A stretch of DNA of 20,335 nt. Origin: Candidatus Micrarchaeota archaeon (GTDB lineage: Archaea; Micrarchaeota; Micrarchaeia; Anstonellales; Anstonellaceae). Where the stretch lies: NCBI GenBank assembly GCA_043810635.1, contig JBDRNY010000074.1:1-20335 (forward strand), written 5' to 3'. The notes below the pieces were generated by a model. That model had not been told where the DNA came from, searched no databases, and saw nothing but the letters and a program-made list of their open reading frames with translations. How positions within the stretch are numbered: position 1 is the stretch's first letter; every line of letters begins with the position of its first letter. The position numbers were made by a program, and so were the translations under genes. Below are positions 7,575 to 15,430 of this stretch, piece by piece.

Positions 7575-8804
7575 ATGGCCAATATAATAAATGACATCAA
7601 ATCTTTTCTCTCGGTTCCGTTTAATATGTACCTTGTAATGTTCCTTGCAATAGTCGGCATGGGAATAATGTTTTTTGTTCCCGAATCCCCCTCAGAATAC
7701 GGGTTTATTGAGCAGATGGGGGGGGACAATGCAAGCCTAATAATCGATTTTTTCTATTCCCCCGGGTGCCCGTATTGCAAAGTGCAGATGGGATTTAATG
7801 CCCAGCTCGCGGCAGAATATCCCCAAATAAAATTTGTTTACCATGATGTTTCAAACCCGGAAGACGGCGAGCTTTTGGATCAAATGTACCTCTCCCACGG
7901 CTTTGACACAAATCCCGGGGTGCCTGCCACTTTTATCAATGATAAATATGTGATAGGGTATGACAATGCTGAAGGAGTAGGCGCAAAATTAAAAGAAATA
8001 ATAAAGTCCGAGCTTAACCTCTCCCCCTCCGAACCTTCAGCACCTTCTTCTATTGAAGATATGGAATTACAATTTCCATTTATAGGCAAAATAAAGCCTG
8101 CAGATTATTCCCTCCCCCTTCTTGCAATAATTCTTGGATTAATAGACGGCTTCAACCCCTGCGCAATGTGGGTATTGGTATATCTTATATCAATAGTGCT
8201 TGCAATGAAAGACAAATCCCGGCTCTGGCTTTTAGTCGGCTCTTTTGTATTAACATCCGGCATTTTGTATTTCCTTTTCATGACTGCCTGGCTTAATGCA
8301 TTTTTATTTATAGGATATTTCCGCCCGGTAACAATATTGGTAGGGCTTGTTGCATTGGGGGGCGGAATCCTCTCATTAAAAGAATTTATCAAAAATCCTT
8401 CAGGCACTTTGGAATGCAAAGTTGTTGGTGCAGAGGAAAGGAAAAAAACAATGAATTCTATCCAATCCCTCATATCCGCCCCCCTCACATGGGCAACAAT
8501 TGTCGGCATAATTATTTTGGCATTTACAGTAAATTCAATAGAGTTTGTATGCTCTGCAGCAATACCTGCAGTATTTACCCAGGTGCTTGCCCTCTCAGGC
8601 CTCTCAGGATTGGAATATTATTTCTATATTCTGCTTTACACCCTCTTTTTCATGCTTGATGATTTGCTAATATTCGGCCTTGCCGCACTGGCAGTTTCAT
8701 CAGATATTGGGCAAAAATATGCGGGCTATTGCCATGTAATCGGCGGAATAATAATGCTGGCATTGGGAATAATGCTTCTCTTTTTCCCGAATATGCTGCA
8801 CTAA
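7575..8804 (+). CDS. Membrane protein: thioredoxin/glutaredoxin domain fused to a CcdA/DsbD-beta-like transmembrane domain
   Basis: N-terminal TM helix, 'FFYSPGCPYC', cis-Pro loop 'GVPATFI', then about six TM helices with two membrane cysteines ('DGFNPCAMWVL', 'IEFVCSAAIP'). SD-like AAGGTG upstream. Confidence 0.8.
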   Translation: MANIINDIKSFLSVPFNMYLVMFLAIVGMGIMFFVPESPSEYGFIEQMGGDNASLIIDFFYSPGCPYCKVQMGFNAQLAAEYPQIKFVYHDVSNPEDGELLDQMYLSHGFDTNPGVPATFINDKYVIGYDNAEGVGAKLKEIIKSELNLSPSEPSAPSSIEDMELQFPFIGKIKPADYSLPLLAIILGLIDGFNPCAMWVLVYLISIVLAMKDKSRLWLLVGSFVLTSGILYFLFMTAWLNAFLFIGYFRPVTILVGLVALGGGILSLKEFIKNPSGTLECKVVGAEERKKTMNSIQSLISAPLTWATIVGIIILAFTVNSIEFVCSAAIPAVFTQVLALSGLSGLEYYFYILLYTLFFMLDDLLIFGLAALAVSSDIGQKYAGYCHVIGGIIMLALGIMLLFFPNMLH

Positions 8805-8847
8805 TTTCTATTTTAAACATTTGAGAGCATAATTCTCAATACTTTCA

Positions 8848-8920
8848 GGGGCCGTGTGCTAACCTGGTATGCTTCCGCGTTCGGGACGCGGCGGTCTGAG
8901 TTCAAATCTCGGCGGCCCCA
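8848..8920 (+). tRNA. tRNA-Pro (anticodon CGG)
   Basis: Acceptor stem GGGGCCG/CGGCCCC plus discriminator A, anticodon arm CCGCG-TTCGGGA-CGCGG, T arm CTGAG-TTCAAAT-CTCGG. CCA is not encoded. TTTTAAA upstream and a T-tract downstream. Confidence 0.93.
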
Positions 8921-8989
8921 TCAACCTTTTTTCTTTTTCTGATTTTGGCATAACTATTTAAGCTTGCAAAAATCCCATTTTCTTTGCTG

Positions 8990-9541
8990 ATGCTTATGAA
9001 TATCAAATATATTGGCTATGCCCTGATAATAATAGGATTGATGCAAATATCTCTTGGCTATATTGCACGCGGGGAGATAAATACATTAAAGCTTTCATTT
9101 ATGCCCCCCACATGCCATGAAGAAAACGACCCGGACACCTGCCCGGTTTTAAGAAACAATGTTGACTGGTATATTGCCTTCATATGGCTTTTGAGCGCAG
9201 CAACAATTGCAGGAGGCGCATATCTTGCATTTTTGCATAAAGATACGCAAAAAATACATGCGCAAAACAAAGCGCTTATTTCAAAAATAAGCAAAATAAG
9301 CAGGGAAACTGAAGGGGAGAAAAGATTTGAAATACTTCTGAAAGGCCTTGATAAATCTGAGCAAAAAATATTGCGCGAAGTAAATGCCCAGGACGGAATA
9401 GGGCAAAACACATTATGCATAAGGACTGGCCTTTCCAAAACAAAGCTTTCCCTTTTGCTAACTGATTTGGAAAAAAGAAATTTAGTCAAAAAAGTTCCGG
9501 ACGGCAAAATAAACCGCATTTACTTAAAGCAGGCAGTATAA
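8990..9541 (+). CDS. Membrane-anchored winged-helix transcriptional regulator (2 TM + C-terminal MarR-like wHTH)
   Basis: Two hydrophobic helices flank a loop 'PPTCHEENDPDTCP'. A coiled linker leads to the wHTH 'LDKSEQKILREVNAQDGIGQNTLCIRTGLSKTKLSLLLTDLEKRNLVKKVPDGKINRIYL'. Start is ATG 8990 or 8996. Confidence 0.78.
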   Translation: MLMNIKYIGYALIIIGLMQISLGYIARGEINTLKLSFMPPTCHEENDPDTCPVLRNNVDWYIAFIWLLSAATIAGGAYLAFLHKDTQKIHAQNKALISKISKISRETEGEKRFEILLKGLDKSEQKILREVNAQDGIGQNTLCIRTGLSKTKLSLLLTDLEKRNLVKKVPDGKINRIYLKQAV

Positions 9542-9576
9542 TGCTTCTTTTTTGCTTTGGGACAATGCGCTTCTTA

Positions 9577-9627
9577 TCTAAACAATTCTAAACAATGCCT
9601 GCTCTTTTTTTGTGCCTTTGTTTCAGA
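9577..9627 (+). promoter_or_regulatory. Candidate operator upstream of the copper operon
   Basis: Perfect tandem repeat TCTAAACAAT x2 (9577-9596) and an inverted near-copy TTGTTTCAGA (9618-9627), directly before TATA-like TTATCTATAA (9629-9638). Confidence 0.45.
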
Positions 9628-9673
9628 GTTATCTATAATTACCCGAAGCATCCATAGCTATTCAGGTGATTGA

Positions 9674-9877
9674 ATGGCACATGCAAAATTGAAAATTGGA
9701 GGCATGCACTGCACAAGCTGCGAAAAAATGATTTCTATGGCTGTTGATGGTGTGGGAGGCGCAAAAATTGTTTCAATAAGCTCGCAAAAAGGCGAAGCAA
9801 TAATTGATGCAAAAGATGAATCTTCTTTAAATGAAGCAAAAAAAGCAATCAAAGAAGAAGGATATGATGTACAATAG
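9674..9877 (+). CDS. copZ: Heavy-metal-associated (HMA) copper chaperone
   Basis: 67 aa, 'KIGGMHCTSC...AIKEEGYDV'. SD AGGTGA at 9664-9669. Confidence 0.88.
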   Translation: MAHAKLKIGGMHCTSCEKMISMAVDGVGGAKIVSISSQKGEAIIDAKDESSLNEAKKAIKEEGYDVQ

Positions 9878-9885
9878 GTGGAAAA

Positions 9886-10632
9886 ATGTCTGATAAATGC
9901 TGCAAAAGTGAAGAAATTGAAAAAATAAATGCCGGAATTGTATTTAAGCATATATTTTCCGCAAACCCGAAGTGGATACCAGAGCGCCATCTGGTATTAT
10001 TTACCGCAATTTCAACAGTTTTCCTGCTATCCCTTCTTTTTATCATGTATATCGGCTTATGGTCTTCTATTGAAAATTTTGATACGATGTTTCTCCCCCT
10101 TCTTGCGCTCGGCGCAATTTCATCGGCAATAATAATCGGCACGGGGTATCATTTTAATGCATACAAAAATCCTGTTTCATGCGCCATAGGAATGATGGAA
10201 GGCATGAGTTTTGGAATGATGTCCGGATTTATTATCGGGGCATTGGTAGGCGCAACAAACGGAATGTTTTGGGGCTGTGTTGTCGGCATGTTTGCAAGCT
10301 CGGTAATAGGTATATGGGCAGGAAGATGCTGCGGAGTAATGGGGGTAATGGAAGGCATGATGGGGGGAATTATGGGAGGCACCATGGGTGCAATGATATC
10401 TGTTATGCTTTTGGCAGACCCATTGCCAATATTTATTGCATTGCTTGTTGCAATGTGCTCTATTGTGCTTATAGCGCTTGCATATATGCGCATAGTGGAA
10501 TATGGAAATATAGGAAGCGCAACCAATGTGGGAAGATTGACGTCTATTGCAAGCACCAGCATGATATTTTTCCTTTTGCTCACTTTTTTCATGATTTATG
10601 GCCCAAAATCAGGGCCTGTGTGGGGGTTTTAA
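9886..10632 (+). CDS. Gly/Met-rich polytopic membrane protein of unknown function (copper cluster)
   Basis: About seven hydrophobic segments with 'CAIGMMEGMSFGMMSG' and 'GRCCGVMGVMEGMMGGIMGGTMGAM', and an N-terminal KCC. SD AGGTGG upstream. Confidence 0.8.
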   Translation: MSDKCCKSEEIEKINAGIVFKHIFSANPKWIPERHLVLFTAISTVFLLSLLFIMYIGLWSSIENFDTMFLPLLALGAISSAIIIGTGYHFNAYKNPVSCAIGMMEGMSFGMMSGFIIGALVGATNGMFWGCVVGMFASSVIGIWAGRCCGVMGVMEGMMGGIMGGTMGAMISVMLLADPLPIFIALLVAMCSIVLIALAYMRIVEYGNIGSATNVGRLTSIASTSMIFFLLLTFFMIYGPKSGPVWGF

Positions 10633-10633
10633 T

Positions 10634-11200
10634 ATGAAAATAAATGAAATGATTGCAGCGGCAATGTTATTGCTTATTAGTGTGGCAATTATATCATCTA
10701 CACTTTCCCAAAATGCAAATGCAAGCCCAGGAGAATGCGATGTATCTGGCACATGCCCTTTATATGGTTCAAATGATTTGGGCGCACAGGGGGCAGAAAC
10801 CCAAACAACATCTGCTTCTTCCGGAGAAGGGGAATTAAAAGTAATTCAGCTTTCATATTCCGGGGGATATTATGTTCCCCGTGAAATACGCGTAAATGAG
10901 GGAGACAGGGTGAGAATTGAATTTGACCAATCCAAATTCCGCGGATGCATGACAACATTTAACATCTATGATTTGGGAATAAAAGTATATGTGCCAAGCC
11001 AGAGTTTTGTTGAATTTGTTGCAAACAAACCCGGAGTTTACAGAACCGGATGCAATATGGGAATGGGTGACGGAAGGTTTATTGTTGAACCTGCTGCAGG
11101 CGGAAAGCAGCTTGCGCAGCAGGAGCCAGCCCCCCTTCCCCCTGAAATTGAAGAAAGCGGCTGCGGCGGGGGAGGTTGCGGCTGCGGTTGCGGCGGCTAG
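10634..11200 (+). CDS. Cupredoxin-domain protein (CupA-like) with N-terminal signal/TM segment and Cys/Gly-rich tail
   Basis: 'YVPREIRVNEGDRVRIEF...GC...VEFVANKPGVYRTGCNMGMGDGRFIV', an extra 'CDVSGTCP', and C-terminal GCGGGGCGCGCGG. ATG 10634 lies 1 nt after the upstream stop. Confidence 0.82.
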   Translation: MKINEMIAAAMLLLISVAIISSTLSQNANASPGECDVSGTCPLYGSNDLGAQGAETQTTSASSGEGELKVIQLSYSGGYYVPREIRVNEGDRVRIEFDQSKFRGCMTTFNIYDLGIKVYVPSQSFVEFVANKPGVYRTGCNMGMGDGRFIVEPAAGGKQLAQQEPAPLPPEIEESGCGGGGCGCGCGG

Positions 11201-11233
11201 TAGAAAGTTCAACCCGCTTTGAGTGTGCTGGGA

Positions 11234-13414
11234 ATGGAAAAGCTAGATTTATTGGTGGAAGGGATGCATTGCGCATCATGTGCAACCCTAATTTCAAAAA
11301 GCCTCGGAAAAACTGAGGGCGTGATAAGCGCAAATGTAAATTTTGCATCTTCAAAAGCGCATATAGACTATGACAAATCCAAAACAAGTGAAAAAGAATT
11401 AATATCCAAAATAAAAGAGCTGGGCTATAATGCGCAAGCATCCGGGAATTTGCTTGACAGCGAAAAAAAGGCAAGAAAAAAAGAAATTAAATTATTGAAA
11501 AAAAAGCTTGCGCTTGGAATTGCATGCGCCATTCCTGCAATGATTCTTGGAATGTTTGTAACAGACTTTCCCTACCGCCTCTGGATATTATTTTTCCTTG
11601 CAACCATTGTCCAGTTTGTTGTGGGGCGCTCATTTTACCTCGGCGCAATTTCCGCGGCTAAAAACAAAACAGCGTCAATGGACACCCTCATCGCCCTCGG
11701 CACATCTGCAGCATATATTTACAGCCTTCCTTCGTTATTCGGAATATTGAAAGAGCAGTATTTTGAAGTGAGCGCAACGCTCATCACCCTTGTAATATTG
11801 GGCAAATATCTGGAAGCTATTGCAAAAGGAAAAGCTTCTGACGCAATAAGAAAATTATTTGACCTTTCTCCGAAAACAGCCAATGTAATCCGCAACAAAA
11901 AAGAAGTGAAAATACCTGCATCAGAAATAAAAATAGGCGACATAATGATAATCCGCCCCGGCGAGAAAATACCGACTGACGGAATTGTAGTTGAGGGAGA
12001 TTCTGCAATTGATGAATCAATGCTAACCGGGGAAAGCATGCCTGTTTCAAAAAAGAAAGGAGACAATGTATTCGGCGCCACAATAAACAAGCACGGCTCG
12101 CTTAAAGTAAAGGCAGAAAAAATAGGCTCAGATACCGCGCTTTCCCAAATAATAAAATTGGTTGAAGAAGCCCAGGGAAGCCGTGCGCCAATTCAAAGGT
12201 TTGCAGACAGTGTAAGCGCAATTTTTGTTCCTGTTGTAATAGTAGTTGCAATTATAACATTTGCAGCATGGTTTTTTGCATTTAATTCAGGATTTGAATT
12301 TGCCCTTATTGCATCAGTGTCAGTGCTTGTTATTGCCTGCCCCTGCGCCCTGGGGCTTGCAACTCCGACAGCAATAATGGTCGGCACGGGCATAGGCGCG
12401 CAAAAAGGGGTGCTTTTCAAAAATGCGCAAGCGCTTGAAAGCACACATAAAATAAATGCAGTAGTGCTTGACAAAACCGGCACCCTGACTGAGGGAAAGC
12501 CGAATATAACAAATATAATTTCATTTTCCAAACTTTCCCCAAATTCAATTCTTAATTTGGCGGCATCATTAGAATACCATTCCGAGCATCCGCTTGCAAA
12601 AGCTGTAGTGGATTATGCAAAAGAAAAGAAATTGAGCTTGAAAAAAGTAACAAAGTTTAAGGCGGTGGAAGGGCATGGCGTAATCGGCAGGATAGGCAAG
12701 CTTTCCCTTTGGATTGGAAATATTAAATTGGCAAAAAAACTTTCTGCCCTCATCCCGCCAACTGCCGGGGAGAAATTAACCTATTTTGAGCATGATGGAA
12801 AAACCGCAGTGCTTGTCGGCGCAGGGAAAAAAATAATAGGAATAATCGCAATTGCAGACACGCTCAAGCCAACATCAGCATCTGCAGTAAAAGACCTCAA
12901 AAAACTTGGGTTGAAAGTGTGGATGCTGACAGGGGACAACAGCCGAACCGCAAATGCAATAGCAAAAGAGGTTGGAATTGAAAATATAATTTCCGAAGTA
13001 TTGCCCAAAGACAAGGAATCTGAAATCTCAAAACTTCAGAAAAAAGGGTATGTGGTTGCAATGGTGGGAGATGGGATAAACGACGCCCCTGCCCTTGCCC
13101 GCTCAAATTTGGGAATTGCCATGGCGCAGGGAAGCGATATTGCGGTTGAAAGCGGGGATGTTGTGCTGATGCATTCAGATGTTGATGATGTTGTAAAAGC
13201 AATAAAGCTCGGCAGGGCGACAATTTCCAAAATAAGGCAGAATTTCTTCTGGGCATTGATTTACAATATAATAGGCATACCTGTTGCAGCCGGGGCGCTT
13301 TACCCGTTTTTCGGAATTATGCTTTCCCCAATGTTTGCAGCAGGGGCAATGGCATTTTCCTCAGTATCAGTTGTTTTGAATGCACTCACATTAAGGCTGA
13401 TAAAATTAAAATAA
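11234..13414 (+). CDS. copA: Cu(I)-translocating P1B-type ATPase
   Basis: HMA motif [44 protein letters not shown], and the P1B-1 signatures YN and MAFSS. Confidence 0.96.
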   Translation: MEKLDLLVEGMHCASCATLISKSLGKTEGVISANVNFASSKAHIDYDKSKTSEKELISKIKELGYNAQASGNLLDSEKKARKKEIKLLKKKLALGIACAIPAMILGMFVTDFPYRLWILFFLATIVQFVVGRSFYLGAISAAKNKTASMDTLIALGTSAAYIYSLPSLFGILKEQYFEVSATLITLVILGKYLEAIAKGKASDAIRKLFDLSPKTANVIRNKKEVKIPASEIKIGDIMIIRPGEKIPTDGIVVEGDSAIDESMLTGESMPVSKKKGDNVFGATINKHGSLKVKAEKIGSDTALSQIIKLVEEAQGSRAPIQRFADSVSAIFVPVVIVVAIITFAAWFFAFNSGFEFALIASVSVLVIACPCALGLATPTAIMVGTGIGAQKGVLFKNAQALESTHKINAVVLDKTGTLTEGKPNITNIISFSKLSPNSILNLAASLEYHSEHPLAKAVVDYAKEKKLSLKKVTKFKAVEGHGVIGRIGKLSLWIGNIKLAKKLSALIPPTAGEKLTYFEHDGKTAVLVGAGKKIIGIIAIADTLKPTSASAVKDLKKLGLKVWMLTGDNSRTANAIAKEVGIENIISEVLPKDKESEISKLQKKGYVVAMVGDGINDAPALARSNLGIAMAQGSDIAVESGDVVLMHSDVDDVVKAIKLGRATISKIRQNFFWALIYNIIGIPVAAGALYPFFGIMLSPMFAAGAMAFSSVSVVLNALTLRLIKLK

Positions 13415-13419
13415 GAAAA

Positions 13420-14259
13420 TTATTTTTTGTTTGAAATTATCTGCACGCATTTTTCCTTCAGCTTCCCGATTTCCCATTCCCCCAATCCGGCTTTTCTTAA
13501 TTCATTGTCAGGGGCGTCAGCCAATTCTTTTACCAAAATTATCCCCGCATTATGCAATAAATTAAATGTCCTTCTTTTTAATTTCGGAATTACAGTAATG
13601 GGATATAATTTATTCTCATCAATCCTTATCTGAATGCTTTCATTTTTAGGAAAGCTCCACCCAAGCAATTTCAAGCCAACACAATCCCCGTATTGTACTA
13701 CATCCGAGGTGAATTTTGTGTTTGTCGCAAGCCAGCACGAATCAAAACTCCTGTCTTTTTCCCTTATATCCAAAAACCTTGCCCAGGAATACAAGGCAGA
13801 TTGAATTCTGCATTTTAGGTGGGGGGAGTTGTGGAATTTGCATTCAACAATGCTTTTTGTTTTTGCATGCCCCTCCATTTTCATCCTTTTTACAATAACA
13901 TCAATTTCATGGGCAACGCATTTTCCCCTCACAATCTGCCTCAATTCTGTTTCATACCCCCTTCCTTTCAGCAATGAGCCCATAAATGTTTCAAAAGGAT
14001 ATCCGTTCGGCCCCAATCTCAATAAGGCGGATTTCAATGAAAACCTTGCAGCCGCGCCCGGCTTCAACTTTCTTAATTGTGAAAATGCCAGCTTGTATAT
14101 TTTTTCCGTAGAAATATTTTCATACACTTCTTCCTGCAAGGAATCAATGACTTCCTCCCTCAGCGCCCTTCCAACACCAGCCCTTCTCAATGCCCTTTTC
14201 ACCTTATTATAATCCAGGGGTTCTAATGTGCCATCTCCTTTTTTTACAAGTATGGGCAT
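13420..14259 (-). CDS. ATP-cone + Mrr-like PD-(D/E)xK endonuclease + HhH-like domain protein
   Basis: N-terminal 'ILVKKGDGTLEPLDYNKVKRALRRAG' (ATP cone), 'GYPFETFM...GY...HEIDV...IVECKFH...ATNTKFTSD' (restriction-endonuclease fold), and C-terminal 'VKELADAPDNELRKAGLG'. Confidence 0.82.
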   Translation of the reverse strand: MPILVKKGDGTLEPLDYNKVKRALRRAGVGRALREEVIDSLQEEVYENISTEKIYKLAFSQLRKLKPGAAARFSLKSALLRLGPNGYPFETFMGSLLKGRGYETELRQIVRGKCVAHEIDVIVKRMKMEGHAKTKSIVECKFHNSPHLKCRIQSALYSWARFLDIREKDRSFDSCWLATNTKFTSDVVQYGDCVGLKLLGWSFPKNESIQIRIDENKLYPITVIPKLKRRTFNLLHNAGIILVKELADAPDNELRKAGLGEWEIGKLKEKCVQIISNKK

Positions 14260-14315
14260 GGACAACTTAACCGCATAACAAATAAATACCCTTTCTTTTT
14301 GACCTGCTTAGGCAT

Positions 14316-15047
14316 TCAAAATACGGCTTTTATCAGAAGTATCAGCCCCACAAGAACGGGCTGATGCAAAAGGTAGATAAAAAGTGAATTTGTCCCCATT
14401 ATTCCAAGTATTTTCAAATGAGGTATTTTTATCAAGCCAAAAACCGAATTCAAATTTTTTCCCTCAAATACCCTTTTTTTATAAACTGCTTTTGAGAAAA
14501 ACATCCCTAAAAATACAATTCCAATCCAGGGGAATACTGGGAAATAATCCGAGGTGTAAATGTTTGCAGGCACCCCCAAAATAAAAAGAAAAACATTTTC
14601 TGTAGCGAAATTTTGCAAATAAAAGCCAATCAATATGCCCGCAACCCCGAGGATAAAATTCAGCTTGAAATATTTTGCAAAAAAATGGCATGCAAAAACC
14701 GAGAATGCAATAAACTGTATTATGCCCCAGAAAATCCATCCGTTATGGGGGTAAATCCAGGTTGCAACTGAAATTACCGCGGATACAAAAAAGAGATAGG
14801 CTGCCCTTTTTGCAAATTTTAAACAGGTATTTTTTCCCTCATTTTCCGCCCTGCTATAGCTTAAAACAAGCGAAACCCCGACAACAAATATCAGGATAAT
14901 GGCGGCAAGCCTCCCCAAAACCATCAAAATTCCGTCGTCCATCTCAAAATTTGCAATCCCAAAATAATTCAAATCATAAAAAATATGGTATATCACAACA
15001 AGCAAAATCCCAAGGCCCCTTGCAATATCAACTTCAAAAATCCTCAT
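14316..15047 (-). CDS. DUF1624 / heparan-alpha-glucosaminide N-acetyltransferase-like membrane protein
   Basis: 'RIFEVDIARGLGILLVVIYHIFYDL', 'FVVGVSLVLS', 'DYFPVFPWIG', 'MGTNSLFIYLLHQPVL'. Confidence 0.88.
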   Translation of the reverse strand: MRIFEVDIARGLGILLVVIYHIFYDLNYFGIANFEMDDGILMVLGRLAAIILIFVVGVSLVLSYSRAENEGKNTCLKFAKRAAYLFFVSAVISVATWIYPHNGWIFWGIIQFIAFSVFACHFFAKYFKLNFILGVAGILIGFYLQNFATENVFLFILGVPANIYTSDYFPVFPWIGIVFLGMFFSKAVYKKRVFEGKNLNSVFGLIKIPHLKILGIMGTNSLFIYLLHQPVLVGLILLIKAVF

Positions 15048-15098
15048 AATTTAGCCTTTGTTTGTTTGCCGTTTTTCCGCCTTTTTCTTTTAATTAGA

Positions 15099-15105
15099 TT
15101 TATAT
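15099..15105 (+). promoter_or_regulatory. TATA box of tRNA-Arg
   Basis: TTTATAT ending 26 nt before the mature tRNA 5' end. Confidence 0.5.
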
Positions 15106-15131
15106 TCCCTTTAACTCATATAAGCTATCAC

Positions 15132-15281
15132 GGGCCCGTAGCTCAGCCTGGATAGAGCGACAGCCTTCTAACCGCCTTTTTTCTTTCCAAAGAAAAAAGG
15201 CAGGTTGCCAAAAAAGAAAGGAGTTAGCTCCTTTATTGGGAAGAAAGCTGAAGGTCGTGGGTTCAAATCCCATCGGGCCCG
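15132..15281 (+). tRNA. tRNA-Arg (anticodon TCT) with 75-nt intron at canonical position 37/38 (15171-15245)
   Basis: Acceptor stem GGGCCCG/CGGGCCC plus G, D arm GCTC-AGCCTGGATA-GAGC, anticodon TCT at 15167-15169, T arm GTGGG-TTCAAAT-CCCAT. Bulge-helix-bulge: exon CTTC pairs with intron GAAG (15240-15243), with bulges TA^A and AA^A. Confidence 0.92.
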
Positions 15282-15430
15282 ATTTTTTGAAATCGGGGCG
15301 CCTTGCCCCTCGGGCAAGCTAAGGCCCGTAAACAATGTTTGGGATTTCTCTGCTCCCTTTATAAATAATTTCGTATATTATTTTCCTATTCAATTTCAAT
15401 TCTCCTCTAGAAGGATTAGGAAGTGTACCA

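Noticed and set aside
8821..8839. Short inverted repeat TTGAGA...TCTCAA upstream of tRNA-Pro
   Set aside because: Only 6 bp in AT-rich sequence, which is expected by chance.
8848..15281. Copper cluster and nuclease lying between two tRNA genes as a possible integrated island
   Set aside because: No integrase and no duplicated tRNA 3' end were seen. The only match (CGGCCCCA at ~14008) is 8 nt inside a CDS.
2826..15281. argS and tRNA-Arg in the same window as a functional cluster
   Set aside because: They are more than 10 kb apart, on opposite strands, with unrelated genes between them.
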